64,000 nucleotides of DNA from an uncultured Thermomicrobiales bacterium (GCA_902806325.1 CADCWE010000031.1:16112-80111), one strand, 5' to 3'. Numbered from the stretch's first letter, positions 1 to 11,695 are shown. Made by a program: numbers and translations. The notes: generated by a model from the sequence alone, not told the origin.

Positions 1-321
1 ACCGGGGCGCTCGCCGCCGGGGAGGTGCTGCGGCTCCCGGTCGCCCACGGTGAGGGCGCCTACTTCGCTGACGACGAGACGCTCGACCGGCTAGAGTCGA
101 CCGGGCGGATCGTCGCCCGCTACTGCGATCCCAGCGGTGCTGTCGCGGCCGCCGCCAACCCGAACGGGTCGGCGCGGGGGATTGCGGCTGTCGCCAACGA
201 GGCCGGCAACGTGGTCGGGATCATGCCGCACCCTGAGCGGGCGTCCGATCCCCTGATCGGCGGCGCCGACGGGCTGCGCCTGCTGCAGTCCGCGCTGGAC
301 TTCGTCCACGCCGCCGTCTAA
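1..321 (+). CDS. purQ: Phosphoribosylformylglycinamidine synthase glutaminase subunit, 5' truncated by window edge
   Basis: PVAHGEG, NPNGS and GIMPHPERA motifs; directly upstream of purL. Confidence 0.95.
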   Translation, partial: TGALAAGEVLRLPVAHGEGAYFADDETLDRLESTGRIVARYCDPSGAVAAAANPNGSARGIAAVANEAGNVVGIMPHPERASDPLIGGADGLRLLQSALDFVHAAV

Positions 322-356
322 CTCGCTCGTTCGCCCGATCGAAGGAGCAACCCCCG

Positions 357-2591
357 TTGGCGATTGCCGAGGGCGCCTGGCGCGAGGTGGCGTTGAGCGA
401 CGACGAGTTCCGCCGGATCGTGACCCTGCTGGGGCGGGACCCATCGCCGGTCGAACTCGGCATGTTCGGCGCAATGTGGAGCGAGCACTGCGGCTACAAA
501 CACTCCCGCCCGTGGTTGCGCCTGCTGCCGACCGACGCGCCGTGGGTCCTGGAAGGACCGGGCGAGAACGCCGGCGCGGTCGATATCGGCGACGGGTTGG
601 CGGCGGTCTTTAAAGTCGAGTCGCACAACCACCCGAGCGCGGTCGAGCCGTACCAGGGGGCGGCGACCGGCGTCGGTGGCATCGTGCGCGACATCTTTAC
701 GATGGGCGCCCGGCCGGTGGCGCTGCTGGACGCGCTGCGGTTCGGACCCTTGGACGAGCCGCGCAATCGCTACTTGTTCGAGAACGTGGTCGGCGGGATC
801 GGCGGCTACGGGAACTGTTTGGGCATCCCGACCGTTGGCGGCGAGGTCTACTTCGACCCGTCGTTCAACGGCAACCCGCTGGTCAATGCGATGTGCGTCG
901 GCGTGGCCCGGCATGGCGACCTGATGCGGGCAAAGGCGAGCGGTCCGGGCAACGACTTGGTTCTAATCGGTGCCGACACCGGCCGCGACGGCCTGCACGG
1001 GGCCACCTTCGCTTCGGTCGACGATCCGAAGGCGTCTCACCGGGGCGTGATCCAGGTTGGCAACCCGTTCCTCGAAAAGCTGCTCTTGGAAGCGTGCTTG
1101 GAGCTCTTGCGAGGCGACGATATCGTGGCGATGCAGGACCTCGGCGCGGCCGGGTTGACCTCGTCGGTGGTCGAGTGCGCCAGCCGGGGCGGGGTCGGGG
1201 CGGAGATTGATGTCGCCCTGGTGCCCCGGCGGGAAACCGGGATGACGGCCTACGAGGTGATGCTCAGCGAGAGCCAGGAGCGGATGCTGTTGGTGGTTCG
1301 CCCCGAGGGGTTGGCGGGCGTGCGGGCGATCGTGGAGCGGTACGGGTTGCACGCCAGCGCGATCGGGCGCGTCACCGGCGACGGCTTGGTCCGGGTGCGC
1401 GACGGCGTCGAGGTGGTCGCGGAGGTGCCGGCGATGTTGTTCACCGACGCCTGCCCGACCTACCAGCCGGAGGCCCGGGAAGATCCGGGCATCGTGCGCC
1501 GCCGGACCGCGCCGCTCGACGACATCCCGGATCTGACGGATGGTGACGCGGGACGGCGGGTGCTGCTCGATCTGCTTGGATCGCCGAATGGGTGCAGCCG
1601 GCGCGCTATTTGGGAGCGCTACGATCACACGATCATGACCGGAACGGTCGTCGCGCCGGGCGCCGGGGACGCGGCCGTGCTGAGGCTGCGCGGATCGGCG
1701 CGCGGTGTGGCGATCGCCATCGATTGCAACTCGCGCTACTGCTCCCTGGACCCGGAACTCGGGGCACGGCACGCGGTCGCCGAAGCGGCACGCAACGTGT
1801 CGTGCGTGGGCGGACGCCCACTGGCGGTCACGAACTGTCTCAACTTCGGGAACCCTCAACGTCCGGCGAGGGCGTTCCAACTCCGGGAAGCGGTACGCGG
1901 GTTGGCGGCGGCTTGCCGCGGCCTGGACCTGCCGGTGGTCAGCGGCAACGTCAGTCTTTACAACGAGACGGCCGCCTCGGCGGTGATGCCGACCCCGACG
2001 GTCGGGGTCGTCGGCGTCCTCGACGACGCGACGCGCCACGCGACGATGGTCTGGCGGTCCGGGGACGAGATTCTCCTTGTCGGCGGCGACCGGCCCAGCC
2101 TTGGGGCGTCGGAGTACCTCGCGCGGATCCACGGGCGAACGGAGGGATCGCCGCCCGCGCTCGATCTCGACCGCGAAGCCGGGGTCCAGCGCGTCGTCCG
2201 GGACGCGATCGCCGCCGCAGCGTTGCGCACCGCTCACGATTGCGCCGAGGGCGGGTTGGCGGTGGCGCTCGCCGAGTTGGCGTTGGCCTCCGGCGTCGGG
2301 GCGACGATCGACGGCGAACCTCCCGCCGGGGCGACGAACCGACTCGACGAGCGGTGGTTCGGCGAGACGCCGTCGCGCATCCTGGCCGCCGGCGACGCGA
2401 GCGCGATCGCGGGGCTCGCCGAGCGGTGCCGAGCGGAAGGGATCGCGGCGTTCCGTTTGGGTTCGGCGCGTGGCGACCGGATGGCGATTAATGGTCTGGG
2501 CGAGTGGGACCTGGACGAACTCCGCGCCGTCCACGAGCGCGGCCTCGCGCCGTTGGAGGGAGTGAACGGACAGCCCGGCGTGGTACCATAA
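357..2591 (+). CDS. purL: Phosphoribosylformylglycinamidine synthase subunit PurL
   Basis: [43 protein letters not shown] start after GAAGGAG. Confidence 0.97.
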   Translation: MAIAEGAWREVALSDDEFRRIVTLLGRDPSPVELGMFGAMWSEHCGYKHSRPWLRLLPTDAPWVLEGPGENAGAVDIGDGLAAVFKVESHNHPSAVEPYQGAATGVGGIVRDIFTMGARPVALLDALRFGPLDEPRNRYLFENVVGGIGGYGNCLGIPTVGGEVYFDPSFNGNPLVNAMCVGVARHGDLMRAKASGPGNDLVLIGADTGRDGLHGATFASVDDPKASHRGVIQVGNPFLEKLLLEACLELLRGDDIVAMQDLGAAGLTSSVVECASRGGVGAEIDVALVPRRETGMTAYEVMLSESQERMLLVVRPEGLAGVRAIVERYGLHASAIGRVTGDGLVRVRDGVEVVAEVPAMLFTDACPTYQPEAREDPGIVRRRTAPLDDIPDLTDGDAGRRVLLDLLGSPNGCSRRAIWERYDHTIMTGTVVAPGAGDAAVLRLRGSARGVAIAIDCNSRYCSLDPELGARHAVAEAARNVSCVGGRPLAVTNCLNFGNPQRPARAFQLREAVRGLAAACRGLDLPVVSGNVSLYNETAASAVMPTPTVGVVGVLDDATRHATMVWRSGDEILLVGGDRPSLGASEYLARIHGRTEGSPPALDLDREAGVQRVVRDAIAAAALRTAHDCAEGGLAVALAELALASGVGATIDGEPPAGATNRLDERWFGETPSRILAAGDASAIAGLAERCRAEGIAAFRLGSARGDRMAINGLGEWDLDELRAVHERGLAPLEGVNGQPGVVP

Positions 2592-2626
2592 CGTCGGATT
2601 CGACGACGAGGGGTGGGGGCGCACGG

Positions 2627-4027
2627 ATGCACGACGACAAGCCGCGCGACGCTTGCGGCGTGTTTGGGATCTACGCCCCCGGCGAGGACGCCGCCCGGTT
2701 GACGTTTTTCGGTCTCTACGCGCTCCAGCACCGGGGCCAAGAGAGCGCCGGGATCGCGACCTCCAATGGGAAGAAGATCTCCGTCCGGACGCGGCTCGGG
2801 TTGGTCGGGCAGGCGTTCGCCGAGGACGATCTGGAGGACCTGCCCGGCGGGACCGCGATCGGGCATGCCCGATATTCGACCGCCGGCTCGAACAAGATCT
2901 GCAACGCCGGGCCACTGGTCGCCGATTCGCCGCTCGGGCCGATCGCCGTCTCGCACAACGGCAACCTGGTCAACGCCGCGCCCCTGCGCCGGGAACTCGA
3001 AGAGCGCGGCGAACGCTTCGTCACCTCGACCGACAGCGAAGTGCTGACGCGGATGATCGCGGCGGCGCCGGGCAACGATCTGCCGACCAAAATCCGGCGG
3101 GCGATGGGCCGCATGATCGGCGCGTTCAGCCTGACGGTGCTAACCCGTGACAGCCTGTACGCGGTGCGTGACCCGCTCGGCGTGCGGCCGTTGTGTCTCG
3201 GACGGTTGGGCCCGCATTGGGTTGTCGCCTCCGAAAGTTGCGCCCTGAGTACGATCGGGGCCGTCTACGAGCGCGAGGTCGAACCGGGCGAGATCGTCGA
3301 GATCGACGGCGACGGGATGCGGTCGCACGGCGCCGGAATGCCGCGTCCGCACGCGATGTGCTTGTTCGAACTGATCTATTTCGCCCGCCCGGACAGCCTG
3401 ATCCACGACCAGCGGCTCCACCTGGTCCGGCAGCGGATGGGAGAGGAGCTGGCGCGGGAGCACCCGGTCGACGCCGACGTGACCGTCGGGCTGCCGGACT
3501 CGGCGACGCCGGCGGCGATCGGCTACGCCCGCGCCTCGGGCATCCCCTACCAGGAAGCGCTGATCAAAAACCGCTACATCGGGCGGACCTTTATCCAACC
3601 GACCCAGCGGCTGCGCGAGACCGGGGTCTCGCTAAAATTCAACGCCCTGCCCGAGGTGCTGGCGGGGCGACGGGTGATCCTGGTCGACGACACGATCGTG
3701 CGCGGCACCACCAGCCGGCCGATCGTGCAACTGCTGCGCCAGGCCGGGGCGACCGAGGTTCACATGCGCGTCCACGCCCCGCCAATGGTTTCGCCGTGTT
3801 ACCTGGGGGTCGACCTGGCGAAGAAGGAAGACCTGATCGCCGCCAACCTGAGCGTGCCGGAGATCGGGCGCTTCATCGGCGTCGACAGCATCGGGTATCT
3901 GTCGCTGGACGGCCTGATGCGGGCGGTGGCGGTGCCCGGCGAAGGGTTTTGCACCGGCTGCTTGACCGGTGCCTACCCGGTTCCGGTGCAACTGGGGATG
4001 GACAAGCTGCTGTTGGAGCGCGTCTAG
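2627..4027 (+). CDS. purF: Amidophosphoribosyltransferase
   Basis: Short propeptide then CGVFG; QHRGQESAG; PRT motif VDDTIVRGTT; C-terminal Fe-S cysteines (CTGC). Confidence 0.97.
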   Translation: MHDDKPRDACGVFGIYAPGEDAARLTFFGLYALQHRGQESAGIATSNGKKISVRTRLGLVGQAFAEDDLEDLPGGTAIGHARYSTAGSNKICNAGPLVADSPLGPIAVSHNGNLVNAAPLRRELEERGERFVTSTDSEVLTRMIAAAPGNDLPTKIRRAMGRMIGAFSLTVLTRDSLYAVRDPLGVRPLCLGRLGPHWVVASESCALSTIGAVYEREVEPGEIVEIDGDGMRSHGAGMPRPHAMCLFELIYFARPDSLIHDQRLHLVRQRMGEELAREHPVDADVTVGLPDSATPAAIGYARASGIPYQEALIKNRYIGRTFIQPTQRLRETGVSLKFNALPEVLAGRRVILVDDTIVRGTTSRPIVQLLRQAGATEVHMRVHAPPMVSPCYLGVDLAKKEDLIAANLSVPEIGRFIGVDSIGYLSLDGLMRAVAVPGEGFCTGCLTGAYPVPVQLGMDKLLLERV

Positions 4028-4051
4028 CCGTCCGTCAGACCGGAGCGGAAC

Positions 4052-5233
4052 GTGAGCGAAAGCCAGGAACCGAACGCCGCCGCGCTCGGCGAAGGGGCGG
4101 GAGAGCCGCTGAGAACGACGCCGCTGCGGGACCGCCACGCGGCCCTCGGGGCGCGCCTGGTCCCGTTCGCCGGGTGGGAGATGCCGGTCCAGTACGCCGG
4201 GATCATGGCCGAGCACCGGGCGGTGCGCGGGGCCGCCGGGTTGTTCGACCTCGGACACATGGGCCAGGTTGAGGTCTCCGGGCCGGACGCGTTGGCGTAC
4301 CTCCAAGCAGTGACCACCAACGACGTCGCCGCGCTGGCACCGGGGAAGGCGCAGTACTCGCTGCTGCCCAACGAGCGGGGCGGCGTGATCGACGACGTCA
4401 TCGTCTACCGGCGGCCGGACGGGGACGGCTACATGGTGGTGGTTAACGCATCCAACCGGGACAAAGACGTGGCCTGGCTGTTGCGCCACCGCGGGTTACG
4501 GCCTGACCTCGACGTCGCGGTCGAGGACCGCTCCGATCGGACCGGCATGATCGCGATTCAGGGACCGAAGGCGGCGGCGATCGTCGGCCGGTTGACGGAG
4601 GCCAAACTGGCGGCGATCGGCGATTTCGCCTGGGCCGGGGGCAGCGTGGCCGGGGTACCGGCGATGATCGCCCGCACCGGCTACACCGGCGAGGACGGCT
4701 TCGAGTTCTATACCGCACGGGACCGCGTCGGCGATCTGTGGGACGCGCTGCTCGAGGCCGGCGACGACGACGGGTTGATGCCGGTCGGATTGGGGGCGCG
4801 CGACACGCTGCGCCTCGAAGCGCGGATGCCGCTCTACGGGAACGAGCTTGCCGACGACATCGGCCCCCTCGAAGCGGGGTTGGGCTGGGCCGTCAAGTTG
4901 GACAAGGGGCCGTTCGTGGGCCGGGACGCGATCGCGGCGATGAAGGAGACCGGACCACCGCGGCGCACCGTCGGGTTTCGTTGCGTCGAACGGGGTGGCT
5001 CGCCGCGGTCCCACTTTCCGGTGTTGGCGGGCGGGCGGGAGATCGGCCGCGTCACCAGCGGCGCGATGTCGCCGACCCTCGGCCATAACATCGGCCTGGC
5101 CTTAATCGAGCAGGACGCGGCCGGGGTCGGCAAGCCGCTGGCGATCGACATCCGCGGTCGCCCGGTGGCGGCGGTGCAGGTCAAAACGCCCTTCTACAAG
5201 CGCGCCCGGCCCGAGACCGCGAGCGGACGGTAG
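4052..5233 (+). CDS. gcvT: Glycine cleavage T protein (aminomethyltransferase)
   Basis: FAGWEMPVQY, RTGYTGEDGFE, GLGARDTLRLEA. Confidence 0.97.
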   Translation: MSESQEPNAAALGEGAGEPLRTTPLRDRHAALGARLVPFAGWEMPVQYAGIMAEHRAVRGAAGLFDLGHMGQVEVSGPDALAYLQAVTTNDVAALAPGKAQYSLLPNERGGVIDDVIVYRRPDGDGYMVVVNASNRDKDVAWLLRHRGLRPDLDVAVEDRSDRTGMIAIQGPKAAAIVGRLTEAKLAAIGDFAWAGGSVAGVPAMIARTGYTGEDGFEFYTARDRVGDLWDALLEAGDDDGLMPVGLGARDTLRLEARMPLYGNELADDIGPLEAGLGWAVKLDKGPFVGRDAIAAMKETGPPRRTVGFRCVERGGSPRSHFPVLAGGREIGRVTSGAMSPTLGHNIGLALIEQDAAGVGKPLAIDIRGRPVAAVQVKTPFYKRARPETASGR

Positions 5234-5261
5234 TTCGACCGAAGACGAGAGGACAGACCCG

Positions 5262-5651
5262 ATGGCCGCGCCGAAGGACCTTCGCTTCACCAAAACCCAC
5301 GAGTGGCTGCGCCGGGACGGCGACGTGGTCACGATCGGGATCAGCGACCACGCCCAGAACGAGCTGGGCGACATTACCTACGTCGAGTTGCCGGAGCCGG
5401 GCGACGCGGTGTCGCGCAACGAGCCGTTCGGGGTGGTCGAATCGGTCAAGGCGGCGTCGGATGTTTTTGCCCCCGTGGACGGAGAGGTCGTCGAGCGCAA
5501 CGAGTCCGTGGTCGAGGCGCCAGACCTCGTCAACCGTTCCCCGTACGAGCAAGCCTGGCTGCTCAAGATTCGCCTCAACGACCCGGATCAGGTGGACCTG
5601 CTGATGGACGCCCCGGCCTACGACGTGTACGCCGAGACCGCCAAGCATTAG
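5262..5651 (+). CDS. gcvH: Glycine cleavage H protein
   Basis: THEW, lipoyl-lysine motif VESVKAASD. Confidence 0.97.
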   Translation: MAAPKDLRFTKTHEWLRRDGDVVTIGISDHAQNELGDITYVELPEPGDAVSRNEPFGVVESVKAASDVFAPVDGEVVERNESVVEAPDLVNRSPYEQAWLLKIRLNDPDQVDLLMDAPAYDVYAETAKH

Positions 5652-5684
5652 GGACGATCTCCCGACGAGAGGACCGGTTCCTGG

Positions 5685-7022
5685 ATGAGTTTTAACCCGC
5701 ACACCGACGACGATCGGACGGCGATGCTGGAAACGATCGGCGTGGCGTCGGTCGCCGACTTGTTCGCGGCGGTCGGCGCCGACGTCCGCTTTCCAACGCT
5801 CGATCTGCCGCCTCAGTTGACGGAGATGGAGGCGGCGGCTCGGATGGGGGCGCTGGCCGAGCGGAATCTGGCTCCTGCGGCGGGGATGACGTTTCTCGGC
5901 GCGGGCTCGTACCACCATTTCGTGCCGGCCACCGTCGGCCAGATCCTGGCCCGCGGCGAGTTCTACACCGCCTACACGCCCTACCAGCCCGAGGTCGCTC
6001 AAGGGACGTTGCAGGTCATCTACGAGTTCCAGAGTATGGTCGCGGCGCTGACCGGCATGGAGGTCGCCAACGCCTCGATGTACGACGGCGCCAGCGCGCT
6101 GGCCGAAGGCGCGTTGATGGGCGTCTCGTCGTCGAAAAAGCGGCACCGGATCGTGGTCGCCGGGACCGTTCACCCGCGATACCGGGAGGTGATGCGAACC
6201 TATCTGACCGGCTTGCCGGTGGAGTTGGTCGAGCTGCCGATCCCCGCGAACGGGTTCGTCTCTCGGGCCGAGGATCTGACGCCGTATCTCGACGACGAAC
6301 TGGCCTGCGTGGTGGTCCAGTATCCGAGCTTTTTCGGCGGGATCGAGGACGTGGCGGCCTTCGCCGAGGCGGCGCACGGCGCGGGCGGGTTGCTGGTCGT
6401 CGGCACCTACCCGGTGCCGTTGGGGCTGCTCAAGACGCCGGGAGAGCTGGGGGCAGACGTTGTCGCCGCCGAGGGTCAAGCACTGGGGGTGGCGCAGAGC
6501 TACGGTGGGCCGTACGTCGGTCTGCTGGCGACCAAGCAGAAGTTCGTCCGCCAGTTGCCGGGCCGGTTGGCCGGGATGACCCGCGACGCGGAAGGCAAGC
6601 GCGGCTTCGTGTTGGCGCTCCAAACGCGCGAGCAGCACATCAGGCGGGAAAAGGCGACCAGCAACATCTGCACTAACCAGGGGTTGATGGCGACGGCGGC
6701 AACGGTGCACATGGCGAGCCTGGGCCCGGAAGGGTTCCGCGAGGTCGCCAGCCGGTGTTACCAGAACGCGCACCACCTGGCGGAACGGGTGGCGGCGCTG
6801 GACGGGTACCGGGTGGCACTCGCGGCACCGTTCTTTCACGAGTTCGTCGTCGAGACGCCGGTGGCGGCGAAGGCGGTCAACGCGCGGTTGGCCGAAGCCG
6901 GCATCGTCGGCGGATACGACCTGGGAGCGCTCGACGCGGCGCTGGATCACCGGATGCTGTTGTGCGCCACCGAGTTGAACGACCGGGTCAGCATCGAGCG
7001 CTTCGTCGCCGCGCTGCGCTGA
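5685..7022 (+). CDS. gcvPA: Glycine dehydrogenase subunit 1
   Basis: YTPYQPEVAQG, NASMYDG, QTREQHIRREKATSNICTN; 445 aa split-type length. Confidence 0.96.
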   Translation: MSFNPHTDDDRTAMLETIGVASVADLFAAVGADVRFPTLDLPPQLTEMEAAARMGALAERNLAPAAGMTFLGAGSYHHFVPATVGQILARGEFYTAYTPYQPEVAQGTLQVIYEFQSMVAALTGMEVANASMYDGASALAEGALMGVSSSKKRHRIVVAGTVHPRYREVMRTYLTGLPVELVELPIPANGFVSRAEDLTPYLDDELACVVVQYPSFFGGIEDVAAFAEAAHGAGGLLVVGTYPVPLGLLKTPGELGADVVAAEGQALGVAQSYGGPYVGLLATKQKFVRQLPGRLAGMTRDAEGKRGFVLALQTREQHIRREKATSNICTNQGLMATAATVHMASLGPEGFREVASRCYQNAHHLAERVAALDGYRVALAAPFFHEFVVETPVAAKAVNARLAEAGIVGGYDLGALDAALDHRMLLCATELNDRVSIERFVAALR

Positions 7023-7040
7023 GCCGCGCCGGGCGGGTCG

Positions 7041-7069
7041 GAGCCGGCGGGCTCCAGGCCCGCCGGCTC
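7041..7069 (+). terminator. GC-rich hairpin after gcvPA
   Basis: GAGCCGGCGGGC-TCCAG-GCCCGCCGGCTC, a perfect 12-bp stem with no U-tract. Confidence 0.55.
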
Positions 7070-7122
7070 GCCCGCACGACATATCCCACACGCCACTTCC
7101 GAAAGCGCAGGACGCGGGCCGC

Positions 7123-7131
7123 TGCTATACT
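7123..7131 (+). promoter_or_regulatory. Extended -10 promoter element of der
   Basis: TGCTATACT; the same 9-mer lies upstream of four other transcription units. Confidence 0.7.
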
Positions 7132-7222
7132 GCCGATCGCGATGGTTGGAACGATTGCTGGTTGGGGCAGCGGTCTTCGGATCGATCCCCCGGCAGCGGA
7201 GTAGCGCTGAGCGATTGAGCAG

Positions 7223-8560
7223 ATGACCAAACCGATCGTTGCCATCGTTGGTCGACCGAATGTCGGCAAATCCACCTTGTTCAACCGCCTGGTCGGCGAG
7301 CGACGGGCCATCGTCGAGGACGTGCCGGGGACCACCCGCGACCGGGTCTACGGCACCGCCGACTGGGGCGGTCTGGAATTCACGGTGGTCGACACCGCCG
7401 GTCTCCAGGACGACCGCGAGATCGCCGCGTCGTCTGTCACCGAGATCGCGCGCAGCACCCGCGCTCAGGCGACCAGCGCGATCGATGAGGCGGACGTGAT
7501 CGTCTTCGTCGTCGACGCCAAGGCCGGTCCAACCGCCGGCGACCACGAGGTCGCGGATCTGCTCCGCCGAGCCGACAAGCCGACGATTTTGGCGGCCAAC
7601 AAGGCCGACAGCATCGAGCGTCGCGACGGCGCGGTCGACTTCTATGACCTCGGGCTGGGCGAGCCGATCGCCGTCTCGGCCTACCACGGCTCTGGCTCCG
7701 GCGATCTGCTCGACCGGGTGGTCGAGGCGTTGCCGGAAAGCGAAGCGGAACAAGAGACCGAAGGGCCGCGGGTGGCGATCGCCGGTCGGCCCAACGTCGG
7801 CAAGAGCCGGCTACTCAATGCCCTGCTCGGTCAGGAGCGGGCGATCGTCAGCGACCAGCCGGGGACGACACGGGACAGCCTCGACACCCAGCTGATCTGG
7901 GCCGGGCAGCCGCTGACCTTGATCGATACCGCCGGCATCAGGCGGCGGGGCCGGGTCGAACCGGGAATCGAGCGCTTCAGCGTGATCCGCTCGATGCGGG
8001 CGATCGACCGCGCCGACGTGGTCTTGCTCTTGATCGACGCGGTCGAGGGCTTCACGGCCCAGGATCTGCACATCGCCGGATACGTCGAGGACCAGAAGAA
8101 GGGCATGGTCCTCGTCGTCAACAAGTGGGACCTGGTCGAGAAGACCGGCAGCACCATGGACGAGTACCGGGCCAAGGCGCAGGAAGCCCTCGACTTCATG
8201 CCCTACGTGCCGGTGGTCTTCATCTCCGCCAAGTTCGGGCAGCGGGTGCAGCAGGTGCTGGAAACCGCGTTGCTGGTGGTGGCCGAGCGGCAGAAGCGGG
8301 TCCCGACGGCGGCGTTGAACAAGCTGCTGCGCGAGTCGGTGGCCGCCCACCCGCCCCCGAGCAAGCCGGGCAAGTGGGTCAAGTTCTACTACGCGACCCA
8401 GGCCGACGTCTCGCCGCCAACGCTGGTCTTCTTCTGCAACACGCCGGGCCAAATCCACTTCTCCTACCGGCGGTTTCTGGAGAACAAGGTCCGGGAAACG
8501 TTCGGCTTTCTCGGCACTCCCATCCGGATGAGTTTTCGGGGCCGCGAGGAGGACGTCTGA
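7223..8560 (+). CDS. der: Ribosome biogenesis GTPase Der (EngA)
   Basis: Two GRPNVGKS / GTTRD / DTAG G-domains plus a KH-like C-terminus. Confidence 0.97.
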   Translation: MTKPIVAIVGRPNVGKSTLFNRLVGERRAIVEDVPGTTRDRVYGTADWGGLEFTVVDTAGLQDDREIAASSVTEIARSTRAQATSAIDEADVIVFVVDAKAGPTAGDHEVADLLRRADKPTILAANKADSIERRDGAVDFYDLGLGEPIAVSAYHGSGSGDLLDRVVEALPESEAEQETEGPRVAIAGRPNVGKSRLLNALLGQERAIVSDQPGTTRDSLDTQLIWAGQPLTLIDTAGIRRRGRVEPGIERFSVIRSMRAIDRADVVLLLIDAVEGFTAQDLHIAGYVEDQKKGMVLVVNKWDLVEKTGSTMDEYRAKAQEALDFMPYVPVVFISAKFGQRVQQVLETALLVVAERQKRVPTAALNKLLRESVAAHPPPSKPGKWVKFYYATQADVSPPTLVFFCNTPGQIHFSYRRFLENKVRETFGFLGTPIRMSFRGREEDV

Positions 8561-8561
8561 G

Positions 8562-9179
8562 GTGGGCGTTGCCGGGGGTCCGCTGCTGATCCTCGGTGCC
8601 TTCGCGCTCGGCGCGGTGCCGTGGGGCGTAGTCCTCGGCAAACTGTTCACCGGGGTGGACCTCCGCCGACACGGCAGCGGCTCGACCGGCACCACCAACG
8701 CCCTGCGGGTCTTGGGGTGGCGGATCTCGGTCCTGGTCTTCGTCCTGGATTTCCTCAAGGGGTTGCTGCCCGTCTTGGTGGCCCAATGGATGGGGGCGAA
8801 CGGCTGGGTGACGGCGTTGGCCGGCGTGGCCGCGACGGCCGGCCATTGCTGGTCGCCGTTCATCCGGTTCCGGGGGGGCAAGGGGATGGCCACCGGTGGC
8901 GGGGCGGCGGTCGGGATGGTGCCGTGGCTAATCTTGACGGCCGTGGCGATGGCGGTGATCGTCCTCCTGACGCGCTACGTCTCGCTTGCCTCGATCGCCA
9001 GCGCGATCCTCGTCAGTCTGCTCTTGGTTTTTTTCGGTCTCCGCGGTTGGTTGTCGTGGCAAACGGTGGTGGCGGTGGTGGCGATGGCATCTATTATCGT
9101 AATCCAACACCGGGGCAACATCCGGCGTCTCCTCAATGGCACCGAGCGCCGGATCGGGGAGCGGCCTACCGCGGCTTAG
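8562..9179 (+). CDS. plsY: Glycerol-3-phosphate acyltransferase PlsY
   Basis: GSGSTGTTN, GHCWSPF..FRGGKGMAT, HRGNIRRL..GTE; conserved der-plsY order. Confidence 0.95.
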   Translation: MGVAGGPLLILGAFALGAVPWGVVLGKLFTGVDLRRHGSGSTGTTNALRVLGWRISVLVFVLDFLKGLLPVLVAQWMGANGWVTALAGVAATAGHCWSPFIRFRGGKGMATGGGAAVGMVPWLILTAVAMAVIVLLTRYVSLASIASAILVSLLLVFFGLRGWLSWQTVVAVVAMASIIVIQHRGNIRRLLNGTERRIGERPTAA

Positions 9180-10177
9180 CGGCGGCGTTCATCGTCACCG
9201 TATCCGTTGGGGTGGCGCTGGAACCAATCCCAGGCGCTGCCGATCATCTGGTCCAGGTTCGACAAGGCGGGATCCCAGCCGAGTTCCGCTCGGGCGCGCG
9301 TGCTGTCGGCGACGAGAACCGGCGGATCGCCGGCCCTGCGGGGACCGTACTCGATCGGCAGGGCACGGCCGGTAACCCGCTCCACGGCATCGACGATCTG
9401 CTTAACCGAAAATCCGTCCTTGGTGCCAAGGTTGAAGGCGTGGGAGTGTTCGCCCGGCTGGTCGAGGTTCGCCAGGGCAAGGAGGTGGGCGTCCGCCAGG
9501 TCGACGACGTGGACGTAGTCGCGAATCGCGGTGCCGTCCGGGGTCGGGTAGTCGGTGCCGAAGACGGTGAAGCGGTCCCGTTTGCCGAGCAGGGTCAACA
9601 AGGCGACCGGAATGATGTGCGTTTCCGGATCGTGGTCCTCGCCGCGGTCGCGGGTGGCGCCCGCGACGTTGAAATACCGGAGGCAGGCGTAGCGGAGACC
9701 GTAGGCGGTTCCGTACCACTCCAGCATCTGCTCGACCATCAACTTCGAACGTCCGTACGGATTGATCGGACGTAGGTCGGCGCCCTCGGCGACCGGTTGC
9801 CGGTCGGGCATCCCGTACACGGAAGCAGTCGACGAGAAGACGACTCGTTCGACGTCATTGGCCCGCGCCTCCTCCAGCAGGTTGTGGCTGCCGACGGTGT
9901 TGATCGCAAAGTAGTCGGCCGGGCTGGTCATCGATTCGCCGACGAGGGTCGCCGCGGCGAAGTGGAGGATGGCGTCGGGCCGCGCTTCCCGGACCACCCG
10001 AGCGACCTGGTCCCGGTCTCGGAGGTCGGCGACGACCAACGGCACGCCGGGAGCGACGGCTTCGGGGTGTCCTCGCCAAACGTTGTCGAGGACGACGACA
10101 TCGTGGTTTTGGAGCAGCAAACGCTCGACCGCGACGCTGCCGATGTACCCGACCCCGCCGGTGACCAAAACCCGCAT
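9176..10177 (-). CDS. galE: UDP-glucose 4-epimerase
   Basis: [41 protein letters not shown]. Confidence 0.95.
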   Translation of the reverse strand: MRVLVTGGVGYIGSVAVERLLLQNHDVVVLDNVWRGHPEAVAPGVPLVVADLRDRDQVARVVREARPDAILHFAAATLVGESMTSPADYFAINTVGSHNLLEEARANDVERVVFSSTASVYGMPDRQPVAEGADLRPINPYGRSKLMVEQMLEWYGTAYGLRYACLRYFNVAGATRDRGEDHDPETHIIPVALLTLLGKRDRFTVFGTDYPTPDGTAIRDYVHVVDLADAHLLALANLDQPGEHSHAFNLGTKDGFSVKQIVDAVERVTGRALPIEYGPRRAGDPPVLVADSTRARAELGWDPALSNLDQMIGSAWDWFQRHPNGYGDDERRR

Positions 10178-10333
10178 GGTTGCCGTCTCCTTTACGACCG
10201 ATCGGTTGCGTCCCCGTTTTTCCTGGGCCCGATGGTACACTACCGCCCCGACTCGCTATCCCCGCGATCCGTCCCCAACGGCGGCGTGTCGAATGCCCGG
10301 ACCGCCGATTTTGGCCACAGCAGGAGCGGACCC

Positions 10334-11617
10334 ATGGTGACTCTCGATCGACCGGCCAACGCCGACACGGACCCGATCGACGCTTGGGACGAGGAGGTGT
10401 TCGCCGCCATCGGCCGCGAGGAGCGGCGTCAGCGCGATGGGATCGAATTGATCGCCTCGGAGAACTTCACCAGCGCCGCGGTCCTGCGAGCGGTCGGCAC
10501 GGTGCTGACCAACAAGTACGCCGAAGGCTACGCCGGCAAGCGCTACTACGGCGGTTGCGAGTTCGTGGACCAGGTCGAGACGGTGGCGATCGAACGCGCG
10601 AGACGCCTGTTTGGGGCCGGGCACGCAAACGTCCAGCCGCACTCCGGCGCCAGCGCCAACATGGCCGCCTACCTGGCGTTGCTGGAGCCGGGGGATCGGA
10701 TCCTGGGCTTGAGCTTGCAAGAGGGCGGACACCTGACCCACGGTCTGAAGGTGAACTTCTCCGGGCGCTTGTTCGAAGCCCACCACTACGGCGTGGACCC
10801 GGCCACCGGCCTCCTCGATTACGACGCGATCCTGTCGCGGGCCAAGGAGGTTCGGCCCAAGGCGATCATCGCGGGGGCCAGCGCCTACAGCCGCCAGATT
10901 GATTTCGCCCGGTTCCGGGCGATCGCCGACGAGGTCGGCGCATTCCTTTTCGCCGACATCGCCCACCCGGCGGGGTTGATCGCCGCCGGGTTGCACCCGA
11001 CGCCGATCGGGCACGCCCACGTGACGACGACGACGACCCACAAGACGTTGCGCGGTCCCCGAGGCGGGATGATCTTGTGCGATGAGGAACGGGCCAAGGC
11101 GATCGACAAGAGCCTGTTCCCAGGGCTTCAAGGCGGTCCGCTGATGCACGTCATCGCCGGCAAGGCCGTCGCCTTCGGCGAAGCACTGCAACCGGCATTC
11201 AAAGACTACGCGCAAGCCGTGCTGGACCATGCTCAAACGTTGGCGACGACGCTCGCCGGGAGGGGCCTGCCGATCGTGTCGGGTGGAACCGATAACCACC
11301 TGATGCTGGTCGACGTCGGTGCGATGGGATTGAGCGGCAAGCGGGCCGAGTCCGTGCTCGACGGGGTCGGCATCACCGTCAACAAGAACACCATCCCCGG
11401 CGATACCCGCTCGCCGATGCAGACCAGCGGTCTTCGCCTGGGCACCCCGGCCGTGACGACGCGCGGATTCGGCCGGGACGATGTCCGGCGCGTTGGCGAC
11501 CTGATCGCCACCGTGTTAGAAGCCCCGCAGGACGAGCGGACCGCCGACCGGGTGCGGGAGGAGGTACGGGACCTGGCGACACGGTTCCCGCTGCCCGGAT
11601 TGGCGGCATCCGAGTAG
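10334..11617 (+). CDS. glyA: Serine hydroxymethyltransferase
   Basis: [44 protein letters not shown] extended -10 at 10233-10241. Confidence 0.97.
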   Translation: MVTLDRPANADTDPIDAWDEEVFAAIGREERRQRDGIELIASENFTSAAVLRAVGTVLTNKYAEGYAGKRYYGGCEFVDQVETVAIERARRLFGAGHANVQPHSGASANMAAYLALLEPGDRILGLSLQEGGHLTHGLKVNFSGRLFEAHHYGVDPATGLLDYDAILSRAKEVRPKAIIAGASAYSRQIDFARFRAIADEVGAFLFADIAHPAGLIAAGLHPTPIGHAHVTTTTTHKTLRGPRGGMILCDEERAKAIDKSLFPGLQGGPLMHVIAGKAVAFGEALQPAFKDYAQAVLDHAQTLATTLAGRGLPIVSGGTDNHLMLVDVGAMGLSGKRAESVLDGVGITVNKNTIPGDTRSPMQTSGLRLGTPAVTTRGFGRDDVRRVGDLIATVLEAPQDERTADRVREEVRDLATRFPLPGLAASE

Positions 11618-11642
11618 TTGGTCGCCGCAACAGATGACGTGT

Positions 11643-11677
11643 CGAAGCGCCGCGCCCCAACTGGGCGCGGCGCTTCG
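11643..11677. terminator. Bidirectional terminator-like hairpin between convergent genes
   Basis: CGAAGCGCCGCGCCC-CAACT-GGGCGCGGCGCTTCG, a 15-bp perfect stem. Confidence 0.7.
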
Positions 11678-11695
11678 GCGGTCACCGCCGGACAT

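Noticed and set aside
10242..10333. ZTP or glycine riboswitch upstream of glyA
   Set aside because: Conserved motifs not found; leader is only about 90 nt
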